DNA from: Gekko japonicus
Taxonomy: Eukaryota
Direction: 5' to 3'
DNA: 64,000 bases
Assembly: GCF_001447785.1 (NCBI RefSeq)
Contig: NW_015168688.1
Coordinates: forward strand, 319,413-383,412
The notes beneath the pieces are model-generated. The model saw only the letters and a list, made by a program, of their open reading frames with translations. It was not told where the DNA came from and searched no databases. Within the stretch, counting starts at the first letter, position 1. Each line of letters begins with the position of its first letter. This document shows positions 1-13,084 of the stretch, piece after piece. A program made the position numbers and the translations under genes.

Positions 1-1755
1 GTTGCTCTCCCCAACATCTGGGGAGGTGACTAGCACACCAGCGGCAAGGAGGGGTGCTACCTCAAGTGGTACCCCCACGGAGCCCTTGCGATGGCTTCCA
101 GGCCAGAGGGCTTTTGAGGGTTAGCCTCTTCGACGGCTTGATGCCGGAGAATAGAGGCTTCCCTCCACCTTGGTGGTCCTGCCGTTGAGTGACCTGCGGG
201 TATAAGCTAATTCGACCGGGACAAGCGCAGGAGATCGAGCGGAACAACAATGAAGAAAGCAAGGTCAGAATATGACCATCAATGAATGTGAGTTCGAAAT
301 AAACTGACTATTTTGCTAAAAAGGAGTACCCCCCCGTGGGAAAAGCGGCGCGCAAGGAGGGACGCCTCCTAAGCGCACGAACGAACTAATATAGTGAAGG
401 GGGAAGGGGGGAAATAAATAGCGAGTTTTTTCTGAGAGACTTACTTGAGTACCGATAGTGAAACAATGAGTCTTTCGAGCCCTGGCATAGTGGTTTGAAA
501 GTGTAAACAAAGTGGAATATGGCGGCTTCCCAAGGAAAGTTAAAACTGAAACCAGGCAGTCAGAGCCCAAGACCGGAAGAGGGAGCAGACGTCATGAGGT
601 TGCTAGCGGATATGCTGAAGCCGGTAATGGAGCAACTCGGTGGTATTAACCAGCAACTGGCCACACTAAATCAAAACTTTGCTCTGCAGCAGCGCCAGCT
701 GGCAGAAACGGAAAAGAAAGTGGAGCATGCAACTGTGAAAATTACAGAGATGGATACCGGAAATAAGAAGATGAAGAAAAGAGTGACGGATATGGAAACA
801 ACACAAAAACCTCAGGAAACTCATTTGTTACAGCTTCAAATGGAAAAAGCTAACATGACTCTCAGATTTCAGGGGGTGCCGGAAATTGAAAAAGAAGATT
901 TGAAGAAGACTCTGGGAGAGATCATTGCTCCAGTAACAGGTATATCAGCGGATGAAATAGTAAAAGACATGGAGGCTGCCTATCGGGCATACTCCAATTA
1001 TATTAAAAAAATAACCTGCCTGGAGAGATTGTGGTGAGATTCGCAAGAAGACAGACCAGAGATGCTGTAGTAAAGGCAACTTCGGCAAATCTACTGAAAC
1101 TTGGGAATACAATCATAAAGACTTTAAAAGATATTCCATTTGAAATTCGTCAAAAGAGGAAAGGCTACAAGGAACTGATCTCATTTCTTCAAACTAATGG
1201 AATTCAGTACAGGTGGGCGATTCCTGAATGTGTAATTTTTAAAGTACACGCAAAAAGAGAGAAGATTGACTCCATCTTTAAAGCTAAGGAATTTTTGAGA
1301 CATCAGCTTGGGCTGGAGGAAGAACTTAAAGATGAAGAAACCAAGTCAAGTGACTCTGCTACTTTGGGAACTGACGAGGACTCTGTGGGGGAAGCGGGGG
1401 CAGGAGCAACAAAAACTGTGTATGACTTTAGGGATAGAAAACCGAAGTAAGGGCAGAAGGACTCTGTAAATTGCTCTTTGAAGTAAAGAAGATGCTCAAG
1501 AAGTACTCTCACAAAGATTAACTCACTAATATAGAAGCTGTGTTAAACAAGAACTTCACAAGTATATTGTATCACTAACACTTGTATTATTAACATTTAG
1601 ATTAACATGGAAAGGATCTCCTACTCTTGGGTTTTTAGTTAGTGTGGGTATCTTTCCTTTATCCTTAGTTGTAGTCCCCCCTCCTATATTTTTCGTTGTA
1701 GTTAATAGTCTTATGAAAAATAATAAAAATACCCTCTCGGGGTTTTTTAAAAAAA
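1..1755 (+). mobile_element. ORF1-only L1 derivative (HAL1-like): 5' UTR, ORF1, ~300-bp 3' UTR, AATAAA and short A tail
   Basis: No endonuclease/RT follows ORF1; AATAAA at 1722-1727 and A7 at 1749-1755, then an abrupt switch to L2 sequence. The 5' end is probably outside the window. Confidence 0.6.
519..1450 (+). pseudogene. L1-type ORF1p (coiled coil + RRM + CTD), split by a 1-nt frameshift in an A7 run at 1005-1011
   Basis: ORFs 519-1037 and 1031-1450 join (adding one A) into ~310 aa: heptad coiled coil, then LRFQGVPE, LPGEIVVRF, KDIPFEIRQKRK and GIQYRWAIPE, which are typical L1 ORF1p (Transposase_22) motifs. Confidence 0.85.
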
Positions 1756-1756
1756 T

Positions 1757-3595
1757 CTTTCAGATACATTCTAATCTGGATGCTGGTTGCAATAAAGTGG
1801 TGATATGGGGGAGGGGGAGACCACCCAGTACATCATCTGGGCCATTTGAGCAGCATTTTGATCCGCTAACTGCAATGGATGTCAACAAGAACTTAAGATC
1901 TGTGAAGAGCACCAGTCGTACATTGGATCCATGCCCTTCTTGGCTGTTTAAAGTAAGTAAGGACCATATCAACGAATCTCTGAATTATATCATAAATCCA
2001 TCACTCCCAGGGATGGTTTCACGGGTCATTCAAACAGGCAGTCACCCATCCCCTACTGGGAAAAAAAAATCACAGGAGAAGAATAATGTGCCTAATTATT
2101 GCCTAGTCTCCAACCTACCCTTCCTGGGCAAGATGTCTGAGAGGGTGGTAGCAGAAGAAGTCCAGTCCTTCCCAGATAACTCATCTGCCCTAGATCCATT
2201 TCAGTGTGGTTTCAGACCAAGCTATGGAATGGAGACAATATTTGTGGCTTTAATTAATTATCTCTGAATGCAGATAAATGCTGCACCTCTGTTTTGCTCT
2301 TACTGCACCTATCAGCAGCCTTTGATAAGGTGGATCATGCCATTTCATTGAAGCACTTGGAAGAAGTAGTTGGGATTAAGGCATGTACCCTGGATTGGTT
2401 TAAAATAATTCTTTACAGACTGGACTCAGAGAGTTGCTGTTGAAGACCAGCTATCACCAGTGTGGGACTTTCCTTGCATGGTTCCATAAGGTTCAGTCTT
2501 ATTATCTCCATGTTATTAAAACTAAGCCCTTAGGAGATATTATTTGCAGTTTTGGAGTAGGCTGTTGTCACCATACTGATGACACCCAGCTCTGTATCTC
2601 TTTAATCAAATCACCTGATTCTGTAGAGATCCTAAGCCAGTGTCTTACTGCTGTGGTTAATTGGCTAAGGGTCAACAAGTAAAACCGAATCCTGATAAAA
2701 AGGAGGTAATGCTGGTCTGGAAAGCTGAGGTCTTGAAAGGCACTCTGCTCCACACCTTTGGTGGGTTCCAGCTGACACTCTCTGAATCAGTTTAGGGATT
2801 ATACTGGACCCAGGATTACTAATAGAGAAGTAAGCCAATGCAGATACAATAAAAGAATCTATCAGCTTCACCCAGCCCAGCAGTTGGCCTCCTAACTTCC
2901 TGGCTGATCTGGCCACTTGAATCCATGCCATAGTTACTCTGAGGCTAGACTACTGTAATGCGCTCTACCTGGATCTTCTCTCAAAGGCAACTCAGAAAGT
3001 CCAGTTGGTACAAATGTGGCAGCCCAATTACTAGCGGATGCCTGGCAGAACGTACATGACACACCCATCCTGCAATCTCTCCATTGGCTAAGGATCAGTT
3101 AGCAGGCTCAATTCATGGTACTGGTTATCACCCAAAATGCCCTTCATGCCTAGGACCCACATACCTGTGGGACCGTGTCTCCTACTACTACGTTCCATCA
3201 TGGCAGCTTTGGTCATCTGAACAGAATTTTTGAAAGGTTTCTCCACGCAACCGGGTAAGATTGGCAACTGCCCACTCATGTACATTCACTGTGGTGGCTC
3301 CCACCTTGTGGAATGGCCTACCTGAAGAGGTCAGGAAGGCTCCCAAAGTAGTAGCACCATTCTGCAAAATGTGCAAAATAGAAATGCCCATGATTTTTCT
3401 TCTTATTCTTCTAATGGAACTGATCTGTAGTGGGATAGACTGGGTCAGAAAGCCACCTTCATACACAACAGTAGGGACTGGGGACTGCATTGCCTATTCC
3501 TTTGCCCTATACAGTATGATTATATTTCCCCCCTTTTTCTCTCCCTACTAGAGACTCAGTGAAAAAGGTGGGCTATGAACCAACTAAATAAATAA
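1757..3595 (+). mobile_element. Degenerate L2-clade LINE, ORF2 RT region to 3' tail
   Basis: LDPCPSWL, NYxLVSNLPFLGKxxERVVA, LDPFQCGFRPSYGMET, DDTQL and VVAPTLWNGLPEEVR motifs in several frames; ends near (TAAA)n. Confidence 0.85.
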
Positions 3596-4751
3596 GCAAA
3601 CAAACAGGACTAGTGAAATTAACCAAACTGGCTTGCATTTGTCAATTGTATTCTGCAAGGAAGCTCACTACGAATAAAAAGAGCCTTGATTGTTCCAGGA
3701 GGGAGAATGCACATTAAAATAAGAACAATGGGTTTTAACATGGACAGAAAATATGATTATGGAAGAATAACGCTCCAGCCACCCCCTTGACTAGGATGGG
3801 GGAGGGGTTCACCAGTGGCCTGCAGAGGGAGGATGTGTAGGTGTACTGACGATGGCACATAGAGATGTGAATTGTTGGGGGGGTGCGAGCAAGGGCTATT
3901 TAAAGGCCCAGTGAACTGTCCTTGCTCCTTTCCACCCTCCCTTCCTCCCAATGTTTCAGAGTGCCACAGGCTAGTCACCCAGTTGGGGTCTGAGTAGGAA
4001 TGTTTTGCCCCTTTGGCTTCACTGGCCACAAGCCAGGGTTTCCCCCCCACCTACTCTACACTGAAGATTGTGAGAATGAACTTGTCCAGTCCCCAGATGG
4101 CTATTGGACTGGGGTTTGGGGCTTGCTTGATGGCAGTAGCAGTTCAGGTAAAGGTGGTTGACTGGTATGTGTTAAGGTTTAGGTGAGAATTGTGAAACTT
4201 CAGTTAAGAGGGTGAAGAGGCAAAGATCGCAAACCTGGTGCTTTGGTGCTTTCATGGAGATGGGACAAGAACCCCTTGAGGGGTGCCATTATCCTTGATC
4301 CAAAGACCATGAGGCTAGGGGAAAGGACATGGTATGCGTCCCCTGAACAGTAATAAATACTTGGCAAGGAGGAGCCAGGATGGCCTTGCCCAGAAATCAG
4401 GGGTGTGCAAAGGCCTGAATTTTCTGCATCCCATCAAATGCCAGTGCTGTGATCAGGTATGGCCTATGTTTTATGGCCTGGGCTGCAGGAGATCCTTATC
4501 CTATGTAAAACTGAATAAAGCTGGCCCTTGGATGATCACAACTAAAGGTGTTGGCTCCCCTCAGTGCATGTCTGCTTGCAATGGGTAGCTGTATTCTTTT
4601 TTTTTAAGTTTAAATATCTACACAAATAATCATATAGATGAGTAGATACCTTCATATCTTCCACTATTCTATTAAAGAAAAGGTTAAAAACTTCTCTTGA
4701 CATAAAAGAGGGTGTGTGTGTAAACTACACATCACCCATGTCACAGAATTA

Positions 4752-5141
4752 ATAAGAACATAAGAACATAAGAGAGGCCAATGTTGGATCAGGCCAAAGG
4801 CCCATCCAGTCCAACACTCTGTATCCCACAGTGGCCAGAAATACCAGTGCCATCAGGAGGTCCACCAGTGGGGCTAGGACATTAGAAGCCCTCCCACTGT
4901 TGACCCCCCCCCCAAGCACCAAGATGACAGAGCATCACTTGCCCCAGAGTCCCTATCTATACCTTGTGGCTAATAGCCACTGATGGACCTCTGCTCCATA
5001 TGCTTATCTAATTCCCTTTTGAAGCCGTCCATGCTTGTAGCTGCCACCACTTCCTGTGGCAGTGAATTCCAAGTGTTAATCACTCTTTGGGTGAAGAAGT
5101 ACTTCCTTTTATCCGTTCTAACCCGACCGCTCAGCAATTTC
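4752..5141 (-). mobile_element. CR1 LINE 3' fragment
   Basis: (TCTTATGT)n-type tail at 4752-4772; RKYFFTQRVINTWNSLPQEVV on the minus strand; close relative of the copy at 39658-40190; flanking AGAATTA repeat (4745-4751/5143-5149). Confidence 0.88.
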
Positions 5142-6186
5142 TAGAATTATTCAGCTGATGTCCACAACAGTCATATACACAGCCAGAGAGCTAGGCTTGC
5201 TGCTGGGAGTGACCTTCAGTTGTTTCTTAGTACTTCTCAAATCAGTATAAAACCAGATCATGGCAAGACAGCCAAAAGAAAAAAAGGGGGGGAGGGAGAG
5301 AACTCTAAGGTTATCCAGCAGTACCTCCACATGAATGGAAATTTAATTATCTGTACACAACCATACAGCGCCCTAGTGTAATTTCTCTGGGCCTGCTCCA
5401 GATTTATAGCATGTCCTGCCCCTGCTCCTATCCCACACATGCAGTCTTGTGTATCATCGGCTGAAATGATCTCATAGCCTCGGCTGGGACTCCAGGCCCC
5501 AATAAAGTGTAACCACTCCCCGAGCACTTCCGTGCTTGTTGTCATATCACAGTTCTTTTATGAATTACTTTGGGGGGGTTTAGTCTTCCTTGTGCCTTGT
5601 GGTTTTGCTTGTTTGCACTACTGAATGCTGAGGAATCCCCTACACAGGAAAAGCAGATATGCTCAGAATGCTCTAGCAATGACTTTCTGTTCTGCAGCGA
5701 GTGCACTGTTCATACCGTGCAACTGTAAGAGGACTGTGGACAGTCCCTGTTTGAATCCATGCCTTCCCCATCCTGAACAATGGGGACAATTCACCTGGAA
5801 CTCTTCCTGTTCAAGCCCTGCTGAAATAACCTGAAGCCTGTTCTTGTTCATTTTGCCAGCCCTTTTCTTCATTTCAAAGGCAAAGGCGAATGGCCCTCTT
5901 ATCTCCCATTAAAAGCGCATATGCATTAAAACACAGGACTCAGTTTGCCTTTCATCCCTTCTGTGGAATACGGATCTGTCCTCCTCAATCCAAATACCAT
6001 TTTTAAAAGTGTATAAAGTGCCATCATGTCACCATAGAGTTTTCAATGTAAGAAACATTAAGTAGGTCAGTCCACAATGAGAAAGAAAAGGCTTCTTTTA
6101 AAACACAAGCTTTCTGTTTGGAAGACACCCAAAGAAGAACTACTGCCTGCAAAGTTTTGTTCTGAATCAAGAGTATACAAACTTAC

Positions 6187-6477
6187 TTTCCAAAATTGTC
6201 TGGGAGAATGGAAGTTCATTTGCAGAACAGATGAAATCTAAAGTCTCATTTCCCTCTTCTTCCATTTCAGAACTTTCTCCGGGGATTTCTTGTGTCCTTT
6301 TTGTGCAGATTTTTCTTTCTTTCCCTGCAACAACAACAACAACCGTCTGGTCCTGCTTTGTCGCTGTTCTTCCAGGCAGGCTCTCTAGTGGCAAAGCTCT
6401 CTTGCCTTCTACATTCAGAGTGAAATCTTGACACTTCTGCTGCTCTCCTAAGGGTCGCTCTGCAGGGGCACTACCTC
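6187..6477 (-). other. Candidate unannotated 291-nt open symmetric (phase 1-1) exon
   Basis: ctaat...ctcacttgcag|G acceptor, A|GTAAGT donor, 97 codons without a stop; no recognisable repeat or homology. Confidence 0.35.
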
Positions 6478-6544
6478 CTGCAAGTGAGGTAGTGAAACAT
6501 TAGCCAAGTGAAACACTGGGATTGGTGCCCCAGTACAAAAGAGG

Positions 6545-6545
<1 letters not shown>

Positions 6546-6577
<32 letters not shown>
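6546..6577. repeat. (GA)n microsatellite
   Basis: Direct reading. Confidence 0.95.
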
Positions 6578-6578
<1 letters not shown>

Positions 6579-7344
6579 TCCATAGGGATAGGCTGCCTGG
6601 CTACAGTGTTAGTTGTGACACACCTTTTCCACAAACTGTTACCAATCTCGGTGCCCACAGCAGGGTGCAACATTGAAAAACAGCACATTTCTTATCTTGA
6701 ATGCATAATACGTCCTGTATAAAGAATCCTCATTGTGTTTTATAAAAAAACACAAACTTGCATTTTGTAAACAAAGCATACAACAACAGAGCTTTCATGA
6801 AAGGCTGTTTTCACAAGCCACACAAAGGGTCAAGCCAGAGGTGAGGCTAGGAGGTCTGTGATAAAGGGCAACAACCAGTTCAGGGCCCTGATTTGGACTG
6901 GGGCTATGAAGCAGGGGAGAGGGGGCTTAATCTCACTGCCATGATTTCATCGACACCCCACCTTGGACAGTTAGTACAAATTCTCTCTTAGCCAGCCTTT
7001 CCCACCCTTTTGAGTGCTAAAAAGAGCACAGGGGAAGAACTGGTATTGTTCAGCAAAACCATGTGATGGCAAAACAGTTAAACCTCCTCTACTCCACACT
7101 ATTCACACTATGAGCTGAATGGTGACACACACACACCCCAGACTGCAATTTATCTTTTGAAACATTGGGGTGATCTGATTGAAATCTTATGCATTTCATC
7201 TGGTTTGACCCTTAAAACACTATTTATTTGAGAGTGTGCCAGCTGAGGTGAGAAAGCAGTGAAGAGCCAAGTGTATATACTGAGATAATCATTTTCAGAC
7301 TTTCTACCTTTAAGGAACCCTTTCCACATCAACGAGTCCACCAA

Positions 7345-7960
7345 AATCCGGCCCTACCAGTAGGGGGCGCAGCCATCCTGCTGGGGGCCGCCTTTGACTC
7401 CATTGAAGGATGAGGGGAAGACACGCAGCCAGATCCGCCCCTGGTCAACCAGTTCTTGCAAAGAGCTTTGCCCACCCTCCCACCCTGATTGTTGTGTGGG
7501 CTACGGCTGGTCGCCTTTCTTCTTTGGGGCCAGGTAGGAATTTTTGATCCCGGGCAGATTGGCCGAGCCCTGGATGCTTTTTCGCCTACCTCGTACGACT
7601 AATCAGCGGGCTGTGGAATTGGCTCGAGGTGGTGCTGATCGTTAGTTTGGTCACTTTAGGGGCAGGATTGGGGCTGATAACGGAAATGCGGCTAAGGGGA
7701 GCACCAATCAATTACTTCAGGCGAGAGGAGTTTGTCCAGATTAGCCTTTGGTTGGGTGACCTGGGGAAAGATGGCAAACTGCCTTGGGGACTGCATGGAT
7801 CGATCGGCCGCTTAAGTTTTGCGACTTGGGGCTGGATCTCCAGGGCATGTCTTTCGTCGTGCCTGCCGGCGGAGAGCCACACAGGTTGGCTTAAGCTGGG
7901 GGTGAGGTGGCTCAGCGTCCTGCGACTGGGGAAGGGCCAACACTGACCCTTGGCCCGGAT
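7345..7960. mobile_element. GC/CpG-rich interspersed repeat fragment, possibly the terminal repeat of a DIRS/Ngaro-type retroelement
   Basis: Sharp composition shift; GTAGGAATTTTT...GATTGGC...TTTTCGCCTAC motif recalled from such elements; abuts a truncated 5S-SINE head. Confidence 0.35.
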
Positions 7961-7963
7961 CTA

Positions 7964-8020
7964 CTAGGGCTAACTCTACTTAGCTTCCAAGATCTGACGA
8001 GATCAAGCTAACCTGGGCCA
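7964..8020 (-). mobile_element. 5S rRNA-derived SINE head fragment
   Basis: Reverse complement GATCTCGTCAGATCTTGGAAGCTAAG resembles the 5S rRNA box A region. Confidence 0.7.
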
Positions 8021-9411
8021 ACTGTACGTATGAGTCACAAATGAGACTATGTTAAGCAAGAAGAACCATTTATTTCTATGAAAACATTAAGAATGTGCTC
8101 CAAGAATCAATGGTATTCCTTCTGGTATTTTCCTGAAATACAAATATCAGGAGATAAGCTATTCTGGTTGTACAGAGACTGACCTTTTCAGGTATGCAAT
8201 CTTCATTTTTATGGTAACAAAGTACAGTGTGTCTCACCAGCTATAACCTTGATAACAACACACATACTTCTCTTTGGCCAAATCACTTCAGGCTGCAATT
8301 GAAAAGTTTTGTATTTGAGAGTTTCTCAACTGGAACAGAGCCCTTGCATGTAGAAAAACAGAATTTTAGGGTAGGTTTCTCCCAGGTATACTACCTTTTT
8401 ATTTGCTGGAGTCCCAGCATGCAAATCCCTCTTTTACCTGAAATTAAACCGCTCAGGAAAACCTTTATTGCTTGATTCTATAGTATGTTTCTATTGGACA
8501 GGGGAAAAACAGCAAACACCTGGCTAAGCTTCCTTTAACTTAATGGTTTCCTTTGAACAACACTGAAAACTTCAGGGCAAAAATTATTAGCTTGAAAGAA
8601 AGATATAACAACACTTAACTAAAGGTTTTCCTGTTCTTTGTCATTCAGTCTGCTGGTGAACTAGGATAGGAGTGAAGTGTATGACCTTTTAAAGAACCAT
8701 AGTAGGAGTGGGCATAGAAGGTGAGCTCTGCCACTGGTGTGCAACTTTGTGCATGAGAGGGAAGCACTAATACATAGAGGAAAGGGAGAGGGCTTTGAAG
8801 GTATGTTGAGGCAGACAAAGCCTTGATAAAGGTACAAACTCCAAGGCTGCTAAAGGAGAGGCAGGGTCAGCAGGAGAGGAAACTTCTGCCATTCAGGCAA
8901 TTTCTGATCTCTTGAAAGGCCTGAAAAAGCAGTAATCAGAGTTCTGTCACTCCACAAATTACCCATGGTGGAATTAGCATGTTGATAGCTAGCTACAGGA
9001 TGAACAGGGCAGTCCTAAACAGTTACACCTTTCTAAGCCCATTAAAGTCAATTGGCTTAGAATGGTATAATAATTCTGTTTAGGACTGTGCTATGAAACT
9101 TCCAGATGCCATTATGTAAAGCTAATTAGTCAAAATAATCTTACTTCCACAAACAAGCTGTCATTGATTGTATACACAACAGAAAGTACTTCAGGGAGTG
9201 GAGTCCAAGTAGTGTGGATAAGTACAAAGCAGTACTTTGCCGATGATTTTTTTCTTACTAGGTTATATATTTTAAGTATGTTCCTGTTATTATTTTACTG
9301 GCTCATACTATAACAGTAAAGCCTTTTACTGGAAATTGTCATTAATTGATCTTCAGTCTGTTTATTCTTTATTGTCAGGATTTGTATTCATGTGAAATGG
9401 AATGCTCTTAT

Positions 9412-9561
9412 CAGTTGTCACACACGCTAAATAATCCACTTTCAATCCACTTTCAGTGCACTTTCAAACTGGATTTTTACTGTGTGAACTGGCAAAATCC
9501 AGTTGGAAACTGCATTGAAAGTGGATTGAAAGTGGATTATTTAGTGTGTGTGACTGCAGCC
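9412..9561. mobile_element. Palindromic MITE (~150 bp), Harbinger-like end
   Basis: Whole element is an inverted repeat (gtcacacacgctaaataatccactttcaatccactttca ... tgaaagtggattgaaagtggattatttagtgtgtgtgac); right end GCAGCC|TCA. Confidence 0.8.
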
Positions 9562-9829
9562 TCAGTATATCAAATACAGGATCTGAATCCTGTTATGGTA
9601 CTCCCCTCTGTTTTGGGGAAAAACAAGCCAAGTCCTATGTGAGATTTCAGTTGAACAAACTCTGTAGTGAGCAAAACACATAAGCACGGGCCTGTAGCTA
9701 CGGTGGGGCATTTTGTGGCTCTACCCTGTTAGCCAAACTGCCTTATTTATGACAGAGGCAAGACTAAATGTTTTGGGGTCCTTTGACTGTGTATACAGAG
9801 GTCCAAATCCACCCCGAGGAATTTCCCAG

Positions 9830-10666
9830 TGGTATAAATGGAGACGAGGCTGATATCTTAAAATCAAGTTGTTCTTTTTACTGAGTAATAATATTTAGTT
9901 CGCATAAATACAAAAACTGAGTCACACACACAATTGTACAAGTTCCTCAGAGTTACAGGAATAGGAAATAGTAACTTTTATACTAAAGGATGGGGAGGGA
10001 AGTAGCAAATACTTATCTGATCCGAAGCTTGACCTTCTCAATGAAGAATACCAGAATGAGACTAGAATAACTAAAGAGAATCTGAACTCACACCGTTGGA
10101 ACCTGTCAACATGTGCGGACCTCTGTGGCTGCAGTCCACGAGGTCAGTGAGAACAAAGAGTTACTTGTATAGCAAGGCTGTAAGTAAATAGGTTAAAGAG
10201 AGAAGATGGCTAGCGGGGTTCAAGCTGTTGAACCCCACTTTATATAGGGGGGCTCTTGGGGGCTGGCATTGATGACATCCTCCTTGTCCTTCCCACCTGT
10301 GGTCCGTCCCAAGAACTAACACTATTGGCTACTTGGTAATGACGTGCCTACCTAGGAGGAGTGGGCAATATTGAAATCCTAATCTTTAACTCAAGGGATG
10401 CATCTGGTCAAGGTGTGAAGATGGGTACCAGGGCAACCATTGAAGTGTAGATGACTCTTGCTTGGTCCCAAGCAATAAAGTGCCCATTTGTCAGGAAACT
10501 GTCCCTTTGGATGCAAACCAGATATCAGGGTTACAGTGTTTCCTTACAGTCCATTCATGGTGGTTGAAACCATAAAAGTTGTTGTTTTGTGCTGATCACA
10601 ATGGCGATGTAGCCTTCTTCCTCAGGCTGGGCTGTGTGAGTGCAAGCTCCATTTGCATAAACTACA
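9830..10666 (-). mobile_element. Possible solo LTR (ERV/Gypsy-like)
   Basis: TATATAAAG on the minus strand at ~10238-10246, AGTAAA-type signal near 9877, ACA end at ~10666; no TSD found. Confidence 0.3.
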
Positions 10667-10888
10667 GGCAAGATACTCTCCAGATGAAGCAGTCACAGCA
10701 TGCAATGCAAACAGCTTTCCCAAGCCCATAGGGATTTATATGCACAGTCCATGAAAGTGAGTGTGTGTCAGCAAGCACAAATACATAAAAGCAAATATTC
10801 AGTTCATCTCCTAACAGCCCCCTCAAATGTGAGGCACATCCAACAACACCTGTTGCCCTTCGCCCTCTCCCCTCCCCCACCCTGTGAC

Positions 10889-11245
10889 ATTAAAAGGGCT
10901 CTCCAGCTGATCAGCGGAAGCACGTGGCCTGCCGATCAGCTGGAGGTCCCTTTAAATCTTGCAGGAAGGGAGGGTGAGGGGCAGCCACATGCCTTCCTTG
11001 AACTCCAAGTGGCACTTTTGATGCTTGGAGTTCAGGTGCAGGCAGCCCCCACTTGAAAAAACATTTAAAATTGTGTTTTTCAAGCGAGGGCTGCCCGTGC
11101 CTGAACTCCAAGCAGCGATTGGAGTTCAGGGAAGGTGTGTGGCTGCCCCTTTCCCTCCCCTCCCCCTCCTTCCTCCCACCACCCCTGCTGCCTCACAAAA
11201 TTTACCCATGCCCCACCAACCCCAAATTTCTGGGTATGGGGCTGC
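10889..11245. repeat. Tandem nested palindromes, probably a MITE interior
   Basis: Inverted repeats at 10889-10956 and 10977-11150. Confidence 0.75.
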
Positions 11246-13084
11246 ATAAGCATCCTAAAGAGGGGGAGGGAATCAGCTGACAGATTTCATACCTGGCCAT
11301 CACAGTTAGCATAGTCAGCCCTGGCCCCAAGAGCAGCAGGAGGATTTGGGGGGCAGAGACTGGCAACATGCTGCAGTGCCACTTCTGGCTAGAAACCTGC
11401 AAGTGATATTGCTGCATTGTACGACACTAGGATTTCTATGGTAAAAACTATAGAGATCTCTATAGTAAAAGATCTCTGTGGTAAAAACTATAGAGCCTGG
11501 GAATTCTTAGAACGTTACATGACATGGTGACATTGCTTCTGGGTTCATAGCTGGAAGTGATGCTGCAGTGTTACACAATGCTGTTCCCCCATTTTTCTCT
11601 GTTTTATTTTGCTACAGCAGACTGACATGGTCTAGTTATACTGACATTATCACTTGCTCATTTCACTCACTGCATGTTTCATGACATAAAACTGTATTTG
11701 GAATGCCAGTGTCTCATTGATTTAAATGTCTGCCATATTCCAAATGAGTCTTAGCCTTTGCCTGTGCATATACAAGTACCAGCAGCCAGCAGGTCGCTGG
11801 AAAGGTGACACAGACAGTTTCTAAATAAATAAATATGCTGTGTGCATTCTCTCTCATAAGGACATAAAGGGTCTGGACTGAAGCCTCATTATAACTCCCA
11901 TTGCTTTTCCTTTACAGATATACCTAAAATAACTTCTTTGCTTCATCGATACACTCTAAAGTCATAACGCTGTCCTCCTGCTTACTTGTTCTCTTGATTA
12001 CCAATGATTTCACATGCTATTTGATAAGTGCCGCTAACTTCTTTTCTCCCTTAAAAAAAAAAAATTGGAAGCGGAAAGTGTTCCTAATTCTGTCAAGAAA
12101 ATGACTTTCGATCCCCGTCCCTTGCATATTATTCCTGCGCAGGTCAGATGTGAATCGATTTCTTACGCTGCTTTTTTCATGGCTGTAAAGTGGTAAAATG
12201 TGGAGTGCTTTGAAGTTAGAAATGTAATTGTGGAGACATAAAAATTGTATCCATAACCATCACAGAGATATTTATCTCAAGATGACTGTCTCAGTGTCCT
12301 TCAGAGCAATAACTGCAACAACTGAGAACATAACAGAGAGAGCTGAAATGTTATGACTCATTTACTCCTAACAAGGCTAATACACTTTGGTGGAAGCCGA
12401 TTGCACATGACAGAAGGGACTCTCTGGTATAGTGGGGAAAGCTTCAAAAGCCATTAAAATAAAATACCAGCCATTACTACTGCTCAAATATTCTTCAATG
12501 TTTAAATTAAGCTACCAGTACCAAAGATCGTAATTGTGTTATTCTCTCTGATTCCTTGTCGCTCAGAGAAATGCCTGCGTTTTACACACTGGCCCATCCA
12601 GACTGGGAGAGATAAACCAGGCGGATAAAACATGTTATCTTTCATTGTCATGTATAATAACATTAATATTGGGGATCATTTAGGATGTTAAATGCACATG
12701 CACTTTAATGCATAAAAATATCTGATATGGTTTCCTGTGATTGCAGAAGAAGGAATTCAGAAGCGGCTATTCCCGATGAGACTCATAAAGGCTTTCTGGA
12801 TGGCTGCACAATGTAGTAACATACAATTAGGGGCTCTCCCTTCTTCACCGTGGGTTATACCCGGAATAGTTCCAATATTTACAAGTGCCAACAGCCCAAG
12901 CCATCACACTGGACAGGTCCAAGAAGCACCTCTAGCAAGGTAAGGCAGATATCAAATTATATTTTCACAAAGATGTGGCCTCAACATGCCTGCTGTTACC
13001 AAGGTTCCTCTACATAGTTGTGTGCTGTCTGCCCTAAGTCTGTCTTGACTAAATTTGCTTGGAGAAAGTAAGGTCAAGGCTTTC

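Noticed and set aside
1001-1015. Programmed -1 frameshift in ORF1
   Set aside because: Does not fit an in-frame X XXY YYZ heptamer; homopolymer deletion or sequencing error is simpler
5258-5872. Short ORFs as a terminal exon of the candidate downstream gene
   Set aside because: No convincing splice acceptor, and stops in all frames
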